From Azolla caroliniana (Eukaryota; Plantae; Polypodiophyta), in contig JBHGNT010000002.1 in the NCBI GenBank assembly GCA_043228905.1, positions 14,260,001 through 14,324,000 on the forward strand: a DNA stretch of 64,000 nucleotides. The letters run 5' to 3'. Positions 35,670 to 46,904 of this stretch are shown in pieces (within the stretch, counting starts at the first letter, position 1; each line of letters begins with the position of its first letter). The notes beneath the pieces are model-generated. The model was not told the origin of the DNA and searched no databases. It saw nothing but the letters and a program-made list of their open reading frames with translations. The position numbers and the translations under genes were made by a program.

Positions 35670-38600
35670 ATCACTTCGATCCCGAGGAAGTAGTGAAGGT
35701 CCCTCAGATCCTTCATCTCAAACGATGCCGCTAGTTGAGACTTTATGCGACCGATTTCTTCCAAGTCAACGCCAACAATGACTAAATTATCATCATATAG
35801 CAAAATGCTTACCGGTTTGGTCCGACTCTGCTGAATGAACAATGAAGAGTTTGATTTTGACAGAGCAAACCCCATCCTACTCAACCCCATCTTCCTATTC
35901 CAAGCATGATGGGCTTGCTTAAGTTCGTAGAGGGCCTTCTTCAGTTGGCAAACTCCTGATGTATTTAATTCAGATAGAAATCCAAGGGGTTGTACCATGT
36001 ACACTTGTTCCTCAACCTTGCCTTGCAGGAACGCATTCTTTACATTCATCTAATGTAAATGTCACCCCTTTGCTACTACGACGGCTAGCAACACACATAC
36101 CCATAGTCATCTTCCCCACTAGTCTCATCATAGTTGACGTCGTGTGTCTGCACATAACCCTTCGCTACCAGTCTGGCCTTGTACCTTATGCATCCGATCA
36201 GCTTAACTCCTTTGAGGAGGTCAACTAGGTCCCATATCTCGTTGTCGGCTAGAGCATGCATCTCTTCCTCCATGGCCGCTCTCCACTTGGCATCCTGTGC
36301 CACCTCCGCGTAGCTCTCCGGCTTGCATATCTCCGCTACTTTGGTCATGTACACATAATGATGCGCCATGTACTCATTATACCCATACTTGATGACAAGG
36401 TTCTTCTGGCGAGATGATCGGCACAACCTCTCGTTGGCCGTCTTCAAGGCCCTTCTAGTAGAGTCTGTCCTCAGTTCCTGAGGACCTCCATCACTGAGGA
36501 TGGCTTCGTCGGAATCACTTCTGTCTAACGAGCCCGCATTGGTGTTGTATCCTGACATCTTCTTCTTTCCCTTTTCCTTGCACGTAAGCCATCTCCTCAG
36601 CTTCTGGCACGGGACGGGGACTACATAACCGAGTCTCCACTACTCGTTGGCTCATTATCTGACTGGTCATTCCAACTCTGTCTTTCATTCGGCCCACTTA
36701 GCTAGAATGAGATCAAACTCTCCTCAAGAGTGCCGATGTCTTCTTTATATCGGGACATCTCAGCCTCACTGGCCTCATCCTTAGAGTTTGGAATGGAGTT
36801 AATGGGGTTTGGAGAAGGGGGAAAGTACCACAAAACCGACTCATCAAACGCGACATCTCGACTTACTCAGACCTGTTTCGTTCGGGGGTTATAGCATTTA
36901 CAAACCTTTTGTCCATCCGAGTAGACGACCAAAATGCACTTCTCGTCCTTCGCATCCAGCTTCCTCCTCTTCTCTTTCGGCACATGAACATATGCGATGA
37001 TATTGAACACCCTCAAGTGTGCCAAGTTCGGCTTCTTCCCAAAGTACACCTCAAATAAATAAAATAAAATAAAATGATGAATGGACACCCCGAAACGGCG
37101 TGACGTGAGACATTTAAAGCACACCACTCGGCTTACAACCCCTATTATGGTACATGACGTGCATGCGCAGGAATCAAGGAAAGGCGGCAAAATGGGGACA
37201 CAAAACATCCGCATCGCAGAAGCGTTTTCATTTCGCGAGAACAAAGCGTAGAGAGAGCAGAAGAGGGTACATGTTATCAAACGTGCACAAACAAAAAGCA
37301 CCGGCGCGCCAAAGCTCCCTAGCACAAGGAAAACTGACAATGACCTTGCACCAATGGAGCTCTCAGAAACGGCAAGGAAGTGGTTAATCCAGAACGGACT
37401 GGAGGGTTTCCTCTAGGTAGTCGAAGCACCTCCTCATGAAGAACCGAAAAAGGCCACGCAGAAAATCGACCTTGAAGAAATCACGAAGGACGCTATCCGA
37501 GCCCTCATCAGTCTAACAGAGGGAGGGCTATTCTCCATCGAGAATCCTTCCCCAAAGACACTGAAAAAGTTCTTTGGCGAATACTCCCTCGCCAAAAAGG
37601 GTACCGGACACAGGGCAACGAAGATGCCCTGTTCCGAGAAGTAGCCCGTGTGCTTCATGAATACGGCTTCATAGACCCTCGACCTCAGGCGATGCCTAAG
37701 AACAGGACTGGTTTCATCATCGTAACATATGAAGGGGTTTGAGTGGATTGGCTGGTGATCACCGTTGATCCATTGCAAGCGGCCATCCAATCGATTGTGG
37801 ATGGAAAGAAGGTCTGGACCGTGGTGGCATAGTGGTTCACCCTTCTCGCACCCCCGGTACTAGCCATAAAAGACAAGAAGCGGGCTCGAATGACGGATAC
37901 AATGCCCACCAAGCCATCAAAGTGGAAACAACTCCTCTCCAAGCTCACTCCCGAATGGTCAAAGGGAGGATCGGCTCAAAAGGAATAGGAACCGTCAACA
38001 TAGGTGGAAAAGGAAAAACCAAGCTGGAAACAACAGGCGAAGAAGGAGGCGCTGGCGGAGCCATCGATGAAGCCTCTAAAAATAAAACTACATCGGCAAG
38101 CGCAACAACCGCCCACCTTGGCTCAAAAGATTAACATTGGAACCCAAGAGGAGAAGGCGGACGAAGAACCCGTCGACAATCTCCAATGTCGCCAGCGAAG
38201 ATGTGACGCGGAGGAGAACGGGGACGGATCGGATCCGGAGAAGGACAACACACCGACTCCCCGCGCCAAGGGACGAGAGCCAAGACAGGAGATCGGGCCT
38301 GTTCGACCAGAACCGGTGACAGAATTACACATCTCACCAGGTTGACAGGCACAGCAAGAACAAGAGTTGTTGTCGGAGCCAGCAGTACAACAAGGGCTTG
38401 AGGTGAGACTAGAGCCAACACCACAACCGGAACCGGCGAGACAACAGGGCATCGGTAGTCAATGGCTGCGTTGGATCGGAGAGCAGGTGGCTGGGGTGGT
38501 GAGACGAATAGAAGAAGAAGAAAACGGGCAAAGCGACCGGTTTTTCGCCACCACTAAGGAATTGGAGAAGGCCCAGATACAAATTTGGAGCTTGGAAGAA

Positions 38601-39880
38601 GACTTAGAGAAGGCCAAGGCAAACGCAGCCAGGGAGGTCCTTACCGGGCCAACTATATCAGAACCAGTGGCACCGGTTAATTTACAAATAAGCACTAAAC
38701 CAGTGGCTTCTACAGAACTGGATAGCAATAATGCACGAGAATAGGAACTCTGCACCCTAAGGGAGGAGTTAGCAGCTCCGGAGGCCTTGCGAGCCAGAGA
38801 ATGGGAGAAAAAAAAGACAATGGAGGAGGACAAGCGGAAAATAGAAGAAAACCTCCAAAAGACCCAAGCAGCCAACGGCTGGTTAAAAGAGGAAAAAGAC
38901 AAACTATTGCAAGTAAAAGACAAGTTGTGTTGGATGGCAGAAAGAGAGATTGAACGGCTGAAAGAAGAGCTCCGACAATAGAAACACAGAGAAGACCGAA
39001 CAAGAAGTCAAATCAATCGAACGTTAAATCAGTAGACTGCATTGGGATTACAAGCACTTGGATGCAGAGCACAAAAAGTTGATGAGGGAATGTGATCGGC
39101 AACAAGAGAAGGTTAGAGAACTCCAAAATGAGGTAACCAAGAAAACGGATGTGCTGGCGGAAGAACGAACTAAGGTGGTTGAGTTGGCAAAGCTGCTAGA
39201 GGAAGCAGAAAGGGAAAGGACGGTGCTCACCCGGCAACACTATGAAGAGATGGAACGAGCAAAAATAGCTCTGAATAGGGTTCAGACAACTTATTAGACT
39301 CAATTGCTGGACAATTTTTTGTCGTTGACAGGAGCTATAAGACGGCTAGTAGAACAGTTAGATGATGACCAGCTCGGAACTCAACTCCAATGCGAGCGAT
39401 TCGGACGGGAACGTAGACGGCAAGAGGCGTCACGAAGGACGGCGGTGATCAACATAAGTGATGGAGAGCAATCTCCGAAGCAGCCACCGAATGCAGCCGA
39501 AGCCAGAGGAATGCAACCGAATGAAGCGAGAATGGATCAACCGGGAGAGACCATAGCGGAACAGCCAGCAGAAATCGAATAGGAGCTGCCTGAGGCAGAA
39601 AGAGTAAAGTTGAGAGAAAATGAAGCCAGAGAAGACATAACTATAGGAGCAGGAAGGCAACAACAACAACAACAACAACAAGACCCAGAGCAACCACAAC
39701 AGCAGCAGGAGCAGCAGCAGCCAGAGCAAGAGCGGCAAAGCGAGGAACCACTCAAACCTCTTGACCAGATCATTCTGGACATACTTGATGAAGAATAGTG
39801 GAGCTAACCCATCGGTTCGATGTACAATGTATAGTCCCACGAGCATGCCATGTGTTGGCCAGTGGTGGCCAAGTATGGAA

Positions 39881-42800
39881 TGTTGAGTGGCAAGCTCAAC
39901 ATTGGGTGCATAACACGATGCATAACCTAGTGCGTAGACTAGGTACGTAAAACAGTACACATAACGTGGCCGTATCAGTGCGTAAACCGAAAGGCCATTA
40001 GTATGGTATTCCTCGTAAGGATAAATTTTGGGAGTTAGTGTAGTAGGCTCATTTATGAGCAGTCAAGTACTATCAGTACTTGTGTCAGCCCGATAGTCAG
40101 GGCTTGTATAAAAGGTGCTCACTAAGCACGAAATATGTATAGAGAGTCATTATTTTGAAATAGAACTGAGTTGTCTGCTCTCTCTCTCTGTCTCTCCCTC
40201 TCCATCTCCATCTCTGTGTTTTCTGTGTTTTTTACCAAACTGTCATTCTCCGAACTATGTACTCTGTGTTTTGCATACGCTTCCGCACACGTATTCTTTT
40301 ACATGGTATCAAAGCGCGAGGCTTGAAGTCCTCTGCAACCGACATAAAAGCTTGTGACGAAGACATAGTTGAGTTGGTATTCTTGGCTTTCGAAAAAGAT
40401 AAGACAGCAACATGGACAGAGGAATGGGAAGCTCGCTACCGACTGAGAAGTTTGACAGGAGCAACTACACATCTTGGTCGTACAAGATGCACCAGTACCT
40501 CCTTGTTCATGGCTACTAGAGTTATTTCGAAGGAGATAATGATACAGCAACCGAATCGACACACCTGAGGGATTTTTCGTCTTGGGAACAGGCGGCAAGT
40601 AGAGTTCTCTACTACTTTGCGTCCTGTGTGAGAGACCAGCTATTGAGCCATATTCGGGATGCTAAGACGCCAAAGGACGCATGGGCGAATATCAAGGAGA
40701 TTTTCGCCTCTAGCACCACCGCCAGGAAGCTTCAACTCAGATAGGAGTTGAGCAATGTTCGACAACGAGATATGTCGGTGGCTGATTACACCTCCAAGAT
40801 CAAATAAATCTGCGACTCTCTCGCCTCTATCAACGTAAACGTCGAGGAAGATGACATGGTGCAGGTTTTTCTTGGTGGGTTAGCGTCAAAGTTCGGAGTG
40901 TTCCGAACGGCGGTCTGTACGAGGGAGAATACGCCTACGTTCTTCGAGCTTCAGTCAATGTTGCTCGTGGAAGAAAATCGCGCGGGTGCATCGACGAGTA
41001 TGCACGCCCATGGTCATGGCGGATGAGGTGGATTGAAGCGTAATGGAGGCGGTCGAAAAGAGCAAAATGGACAGCATAATTGAAATGTCAGGAACAATTC
41101 CGAACCCTCCTGAAGCAGGGGGAGTCATGGCGCCGGAAGCTGGCAAGAGAAGGTCGCGACAGAATGTTGGTACTATGGCAAGAAAGGCCACAAGGAGAGC
41201 AAGTGCTGGAAAAAGAAAGCCAATTCAGACAAAGCCAGATCGAGCGGAAGAGACGCAGGAAGATGTCAAAAGTCGCACTACGCTGAGGACTCCGAACGAG
41301 CCAGAAATGGATCGGGCCCTGCCTTCGTAATGAAGCACAAGGCCAATTAAATGGTCATGAACACCTCGAAATCAAGCGATGTGTGGTATGTTGATTCCGG
41401 AGCATCAAATCATATGACGAGTCACGAGGAATGGTTCTCGTACTTGGAGAAGCCAGAAAAGCAAGGAGTGGTTGAAACCGGAGACGACACTCTACATATC
41501 ATCGAACATATCGGTGAAGTTCCCCTCAGCCATGTCGGGCAGAAAGGGAAACTCTTCAACGTGCTACACGTCCCAACAATAACCAAGAAACTTGTGTCGG
41601 TCGGACAGATCGTCAACCAAGGTATGCAAGTTCGATTCACGCATCTTGGCTGCTTCATAGAAGAGGAGGACAAAGTAATCGCGCAAGGGCGCCGTGAAGG
41701 GAGGATGTTTATCCTCAAAACCAACAATGTGTGCACCGCTATGTTTGCAAAAGAGCAGAAGGTTGAGTCGGACATCCACCTGTGGCATAAGTGGTTCGGC
41801 CATATTAACTTGCCGCGGCTTCGTGAAATGCAGACGAAGAACATTGTGTTCGGCTTGCCGAAATTTAGAGGCCGGAATGGCCAAATCTGTGAAGCCTGCC
41901 AGATGGGAAAACGGCACCGACTTCCATTCCCAAACGAGTGTAATCATAGTTAAAATCAGCTGGATTTGATCCATTCAGATGTGTGGGGTCCGGCACAGAA
42001 TGTGAGTCTCGATGGAAGTCGTTTCTTTGTAACCTTCATTAACGACTTCACTCGGCACACGTGGGTATGCACGATCGCGAAGAAGAGCGAAGTCTTCGCA
42101 TGTTTCCTAAAGGTGAAGGGCCTTGCGGAAAGGGAAGCAAGGCGTAAGATCAAATGCCTATGGTCCAATGGCGGGAAGGATTACTTCTCCGACCAGTTCA
42201 CAAGTTATCTACAAAAGGAGGGAATTCGACGCGAATTCTCATGTAGATACACGCCGCAACAGAACGGCGTGGCCGAGGGGAAGAATCGTACAATCGAAGA
42301 AGCGGTCAGGGCAATGCTTGCAAAGAAGCATATGCCGAAATTCTATTGGGCTGAAGCCGTGAGGACGGCTATCTCCCTGCAGAATCAAACTTCTACTAAT
42401 GAAGGAGTGTCACCACATGAATTGTATTTCGGGAAGAAGCCAAACTTGGCACACTTGAGGATTTTCGATAGCATTGCATATGTGCATGTGCCAAAGGAAA
42501 AGAGGCGGAAGCTGGACGCCAAAGCCGAAAACTGCATTTTAGTCAACTATCTAGACGAGCAGAAGGGGTATAAGTGTTATCACCCCCGAACAAAGGAAGT
42601 GCGCGTAAGTCGAGATGTCGTTTTCGACAACTTTGTGGTACTTGCCTTCCCCCCTAGTACCTCATGACTCCATTCCCAATTCTGAAGAAGAAGTTAGCGA
42701 GGCTGAGATGCCTCCGCATGATGAGGACATCGGAGCTCTGAGAGAGAGTCCGATCTCATTTTGGCTGAGTGGGCCGAATGAGGGGTTGGCCTGAAATGGC

Positions 42801-45442
42801 CAACAAAATGAAGAGACGGCGAGTAGTGAAGACTCAGTCATAATGTCCCCATGTAAAGAACTGAGGAGACGGTTTACGCGCAAGGAGAAAGGGAAGAAAA
42901 AGATGTCGGAGTACGATTTCAACAATGTTGAGTCAGATCGGAGCGAGTCTGACTACGGGCAAACTGAAAAGGAACCTCCAAGGAAAAGGTCGACATTAGC
43001 CGCAAAGCACGTGAAATCAGGTAATCACGAATTACGCCGATCTACCCGCCTGAAGAACCCCGTAAAGTGATACGGGTATAATGAGTACATGGCGCACCAT
43101 TACGCGTACATGACACGAGTGCCGGAAGTGCGTGAGTCAGAGAGCTACACAGAAGCGGCGAAAGACGCAAACTGGTGTGCCGCGTTGCAGGAAGTGATGC
43201 GTGCTTTGTATGATAATGAGACATGGGACTTGGTTGACGCACCAAAGGGTGTAAAGCCAATCGGATGTAGGTGGGTGTATAAAGTGAAATACAATACCAA
43301 CGGCTCAGTCAATCGATACAAGGCCCATTTGGTTGCGAAAGGCTACGCGCAGAAGCACGGAGTAGATTACGACCAGACCTTCTCGCCGGTTGTGAAGATG
43401 ACTATCGTGCGTGTTCTGCTAGCCATAGTTGCGGCAAAGGGGTGGCACTTACATCAGATGGATGTAAAGAACGCGTTCCTACAAGGTGATCTTGAGGAAC
43501 AGGTGTACATGGTACAGCCCCTCGGATTTCTATCCGAACGAAACCCTTCGGCAGTTTGCCGACTAAAGAAGTCACTCTATGGACTTAAGCAAGCCCCGCG
43601 AAGATTACGCAACAGTTGCGTAGGATGGGGTTTACGACGTCGAAATCGGACTTTTCACTATTTGTTCGGCAAGGTCAATATGGACCGGTTAGCCTTCTAT
43701 TGTATGTTGATGATTTAGTCATCGCCGGTGCCGACCTGGATGAAATCCTTCGTGTAAAGTCTCAGCTTGCGGCATCATTCAAAATGAAGGATCTTGGAGA
43801 CCTTCATTACTTCCTCGGGATCAAAGTGATCCGTGCCCCCGAAGGCATATTGATCAGCCAGCATCATTACGGGCTGAATATGCTCTTCAAGTTGAGGATG
43901 GCCAACTGTAAGCCCATCTCGACCCCTCTAGATAGAAACGCAAAGCTTCGCCGAGATTCGAGAAAGGCATGCGACCCGACACGGTTTCGACAGATTGTTG
44001 GAAGCCTGGTATATTTGATGATCACCAGGCTGAACCTCAGCTACCCGGTTAGATTAATCAGTCAGTTTATCTCGTAGCCTACGGCCGAAAACTTTCAGTG
44101 CGCGCAAAGGATATTGCAATATGTCAACGGCACAAAAGACATGGTGTTGCTGTATCTGGTAGGCATAGCCAAACAGATGGTTGGCTACACGGATGTCGAT
44201 TGGGCCGGAAACGCCAGTGATCGTAGATCCACATCCGGATATGCCTTCTCATTAGGAAATGTGGCGATTGCATGGAGCAGTAAGAAGCAGCCGACAGTAG
44301 CACTGTCGAGCACTGAGGCCGAATATCGAGGGGCGACTGTCGCTACGTGTGGAGGTGTCCGATCCGACGATGATCTATTGCGACAACCTTAGAAGTATCC
44401 CACTTGCGAAAAACCCTGTATTCCACACCCAAACCAAGTACATTGAGGTGCATTACCATTTTGTCTGCGAGCGGGTCCTTTCAAGTGAAGTCGAACTAGC
44501 GTATGTTCCAACGGATCGACAAGTTGCCGACATTTTCACCAAGCCTCTTGGTCTCAACAAGTTGTGGCATCTCTCGGGTGAGCTTGGGTTGCGTCACCTC
44601 GCCACGCCGAACTTGAGGGGGAGACAGGAACAAGAGAGTGAAAGGAGCGGAGGTGATCATCACAGCGGAAGTGACCGTGATGCGGAGTCGGATGAAGAAT
44701 TTGATTTCGGGCCGGCTGAAGAAGCCGATGAAGAGAGAAAGGGACGTAATCATAGGGAAGAGCCGAGGACAGCCGAATCAGGGGGAGGTAAGGCCAAGAC
44801 CAAGACATGGTCGGACATTTTCAAAGGCCTAAAGACTGAAGATGAATTGGAGACTTCCAATTCGGATGTAAGTGGAATTGAATCGGAAGAGACCAATTCA
44901 ATAGAATTGTTCGATTCGGATATTACGAATCGACTGAGGGCCAAGCGGAGGAAAGGGCAACAGAAGAGGTGCCAACACTACAACAGCAAGGGAGCTGAGA
45001 AGGGCCAAATGAGCAGACTAGCCAATCAGAAGGGTCGAGGAGCACGGAATCGAATAGTTCGAGGAACGCGAGCAAGGCGTGAAGCCAGGAAAAGCCGGAG
45101 AGAAGATCCGGAGGAGCATGTGGAACTTCAAGTTGAGCTTGAGGGGGAGTGTTGAGTGACAAGCTCAACAATGGGTGCGTAACACGGTGCGTAACCCAGT
45201 GCGTAGACTAGGTGCGTAAAACAGTATGCATAACGTGGTCGTATCGATGCGTAAACCGAAAGGTTGTTAGTATGGTATTCCTCGTAAGGAATATTTTTGG
45301 GAGTTAGTGTAGTAGGCTCATTTATGAGTAGTCAAGTAATGTCAGTACTTGTGTAAGCCCGATAGTCAGGGCTTGTATAAAAGGTGCTCACTAAGCACGA
45401 AATATGTACAAAGGGTCATTATTTTGAAATAGAACTGAGTTG

Positions 45443-45499
<57 letters not shown>

Positions 45500-45578
45500 T
45501 CCATCTCCATCTCTGTGTTTTTTACCGAACTGTGTACTCTGTGTTTCGCATACGCTTCCGCACACGTATTCTTTTACA
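39881..45578 (+). mobile_element. Full-length Bryco-like Ty1/copia element, TSD TGGAA
   Basis: TGGAA at 39876-39880 and 45579-45583. LTRs 39881-40303 and 45150-45578, PBS TGGTATCAAAGC 40304-40315, PPT 45135-45149. Confidence 0.96.
40411..45155 (+). pseudogene. Bryco-like gag-pol, degenerate, with a C-terminal extension ending in the 3' LTR
   Basis: WYVDSGASNHMT, IHSDVWGP, LLYVDDL, ALSSTEAEY, NPVFHTQTKYIEVHYHF...VELEGEC*. Confidence 0.92.
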
Positions 45579-46016
45579 TGGAAGGAGGAAGAGGCAAGCT
45601 GGTTCCTAGAGATATAATTAAATAACTAAGAATTATGTTAGGAACGGATGGGTCCAGAAGAGGTATGCCGATTCGGATCCGGACCAATTCATAGCCGATT
45701 GCCGGTTAGGCACCGTTTTGTAGCACAGATTGATTGGATGCTTATAAAAGGATCCAGTTATCATTGTATGAACGACGGAACATTCATATAAGAGCATGTT
45801 ATTATTGTCTATCTGTTATCCTAATCTTTATTCTGTCTTATGTTTAATGTATTGATCTTACGCATGTTAACACTGTGGGTTGTGAATCGGATCTCAACCA
45901 GACGTTAACCAGTTGAAGCATAATCGGAGTCGGAAATCCTTACCGCAACCACCCCTTTGGTGTAGTGATCTAGAAGGACACCCTGTGTTAGTGGCTTGTC
46001 CGGCCCATGAGTAACA

Positions 46017-46904
46017 GTATCTTTCGGTCGAACATTTCTTAGTTCCTGCCTGAGTTGCAACTTGCTGGCCGTCATGTTGGTGACAAAAATCCTTTTGAGA
46101 TTCCCCCACGCGTCCTTTCACATCTTGGCATCCTGAATGTACCTCAAGAGTTGATCGCTCACACAGGATGGAAAATAGTAGAGAACTCTGCTTGCAGCCT
46201 GTTCCCAAGCTGGGAAGTCTTTGTGTGTCAATTCGGGTGTTGCATCATTAGCTCCTTCGACATAACTCCAGTAGCCATGGCCGAGCAGGTACTAGTGCAT
46301 CTTGAACGACCAAGATGTGTAGTTTCTCCTATCGAGCTTTTCAGTGGGAAGCTAGCTTCCCATTCCTCTGTCCATATTTTTGTCATATCTTTTCCGAAAA
46401 CGAGAAAACTTGACTCTGTCTTGATCGCTTGCTTTTCCGTCGATTGCAGAGGAGTCTCAACCCTCCCGCTCTAATACCATGTAAAAGAATACGATGTGCG
46501 GAAGCGTGCGTAAAAGACATAGAGTATACAGTTGATGTTCGGAAACACAACAATTGTGTAAGTGCGGAGAACAAAGAGAATGAGAGAGAGAGTGACAGAG
46601 AGAGAGCAGACACAGAATTCTATTAGAAAGAAATAACACTCTGTATATACTTCATGCTCAGTGTGCACTTTTTATACAAACTTTGACCAATCGACTGACA
46701 CAAGTACCGTTAGTACTTGAATGCTCATAAATGAGTCTGACACTAAATCTGCGTACAATATTCCTATTTACTATTCTAGGAATATAGTCTATTAACGGCC
46801 TACCCGAGTCCCTCACCACACAGTTCTCGGTTCTCGGTCCTACGGCCGATTTGGTTCTCGGCTTCTTCAGTCGCTCTACCCGAATTGAGCTTGCTCACTC
46901 AACA
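46017..46904 (-). mobile_element. 5' end of a Bryco-like copia (gag start, PBS 46468-46479, 5' LTR 46480-46904)
   Basis: Minus-strand gag homologous to 30700-31030, GCTCTAATACCA PBS, TGTAAAAG...CTCAACA. Confidence 0.85.

Larger units (their letters stand above)
5971..37053 (-). mobile_element. Bryco-like Ty1/copia element 1, 3' part (pieces 5971-7204 and 35670-37053), split by the Athila-like element
   Basis: 3' LTR 5971-6423, PPT 6424-6438, RT remnant 6857-7183. The RT sequence ...GGGGTTCGGAT resumes as ATCACTTCGATCCCGAGG at 35670 and continues through RT to integrase (YFGKKPNLAHLRVF). Most of RNase H is deleted near 6800. Confidence 0.85.
37054..46016 (+). mobile_element. 3' fragment of a second Athila-like Gypsy (E): extra ORF about 37340-39798, then an LTR-like end split by the copia at 39881-45578
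   Basis: Extra ORF homologous to that of Gypsy A, with coiled coil and poly-Q, ending DILDEE*. The downstream piece 45584-46016 has TATAAAAG and ends GAGTAACA like the Gypsy A LTR. Confidence 0.7.

Noticed and set aside
39657-39722. CAA/CAG poly-Q tract suggesting a host transcription factor
   Set aside because: It lies in the low-complexity tail of the Gypsy E accessory ORF, at the same relative position as the repeat tail in Gypsy A.
5971-46904. LTRs 5971-6423 and 46480-46904 as the two ends of one 41-kb nested element
   Set aside because: The LTR sequences differ substantially, and the flanks neither form a TSD nor belong to the same host sequence.
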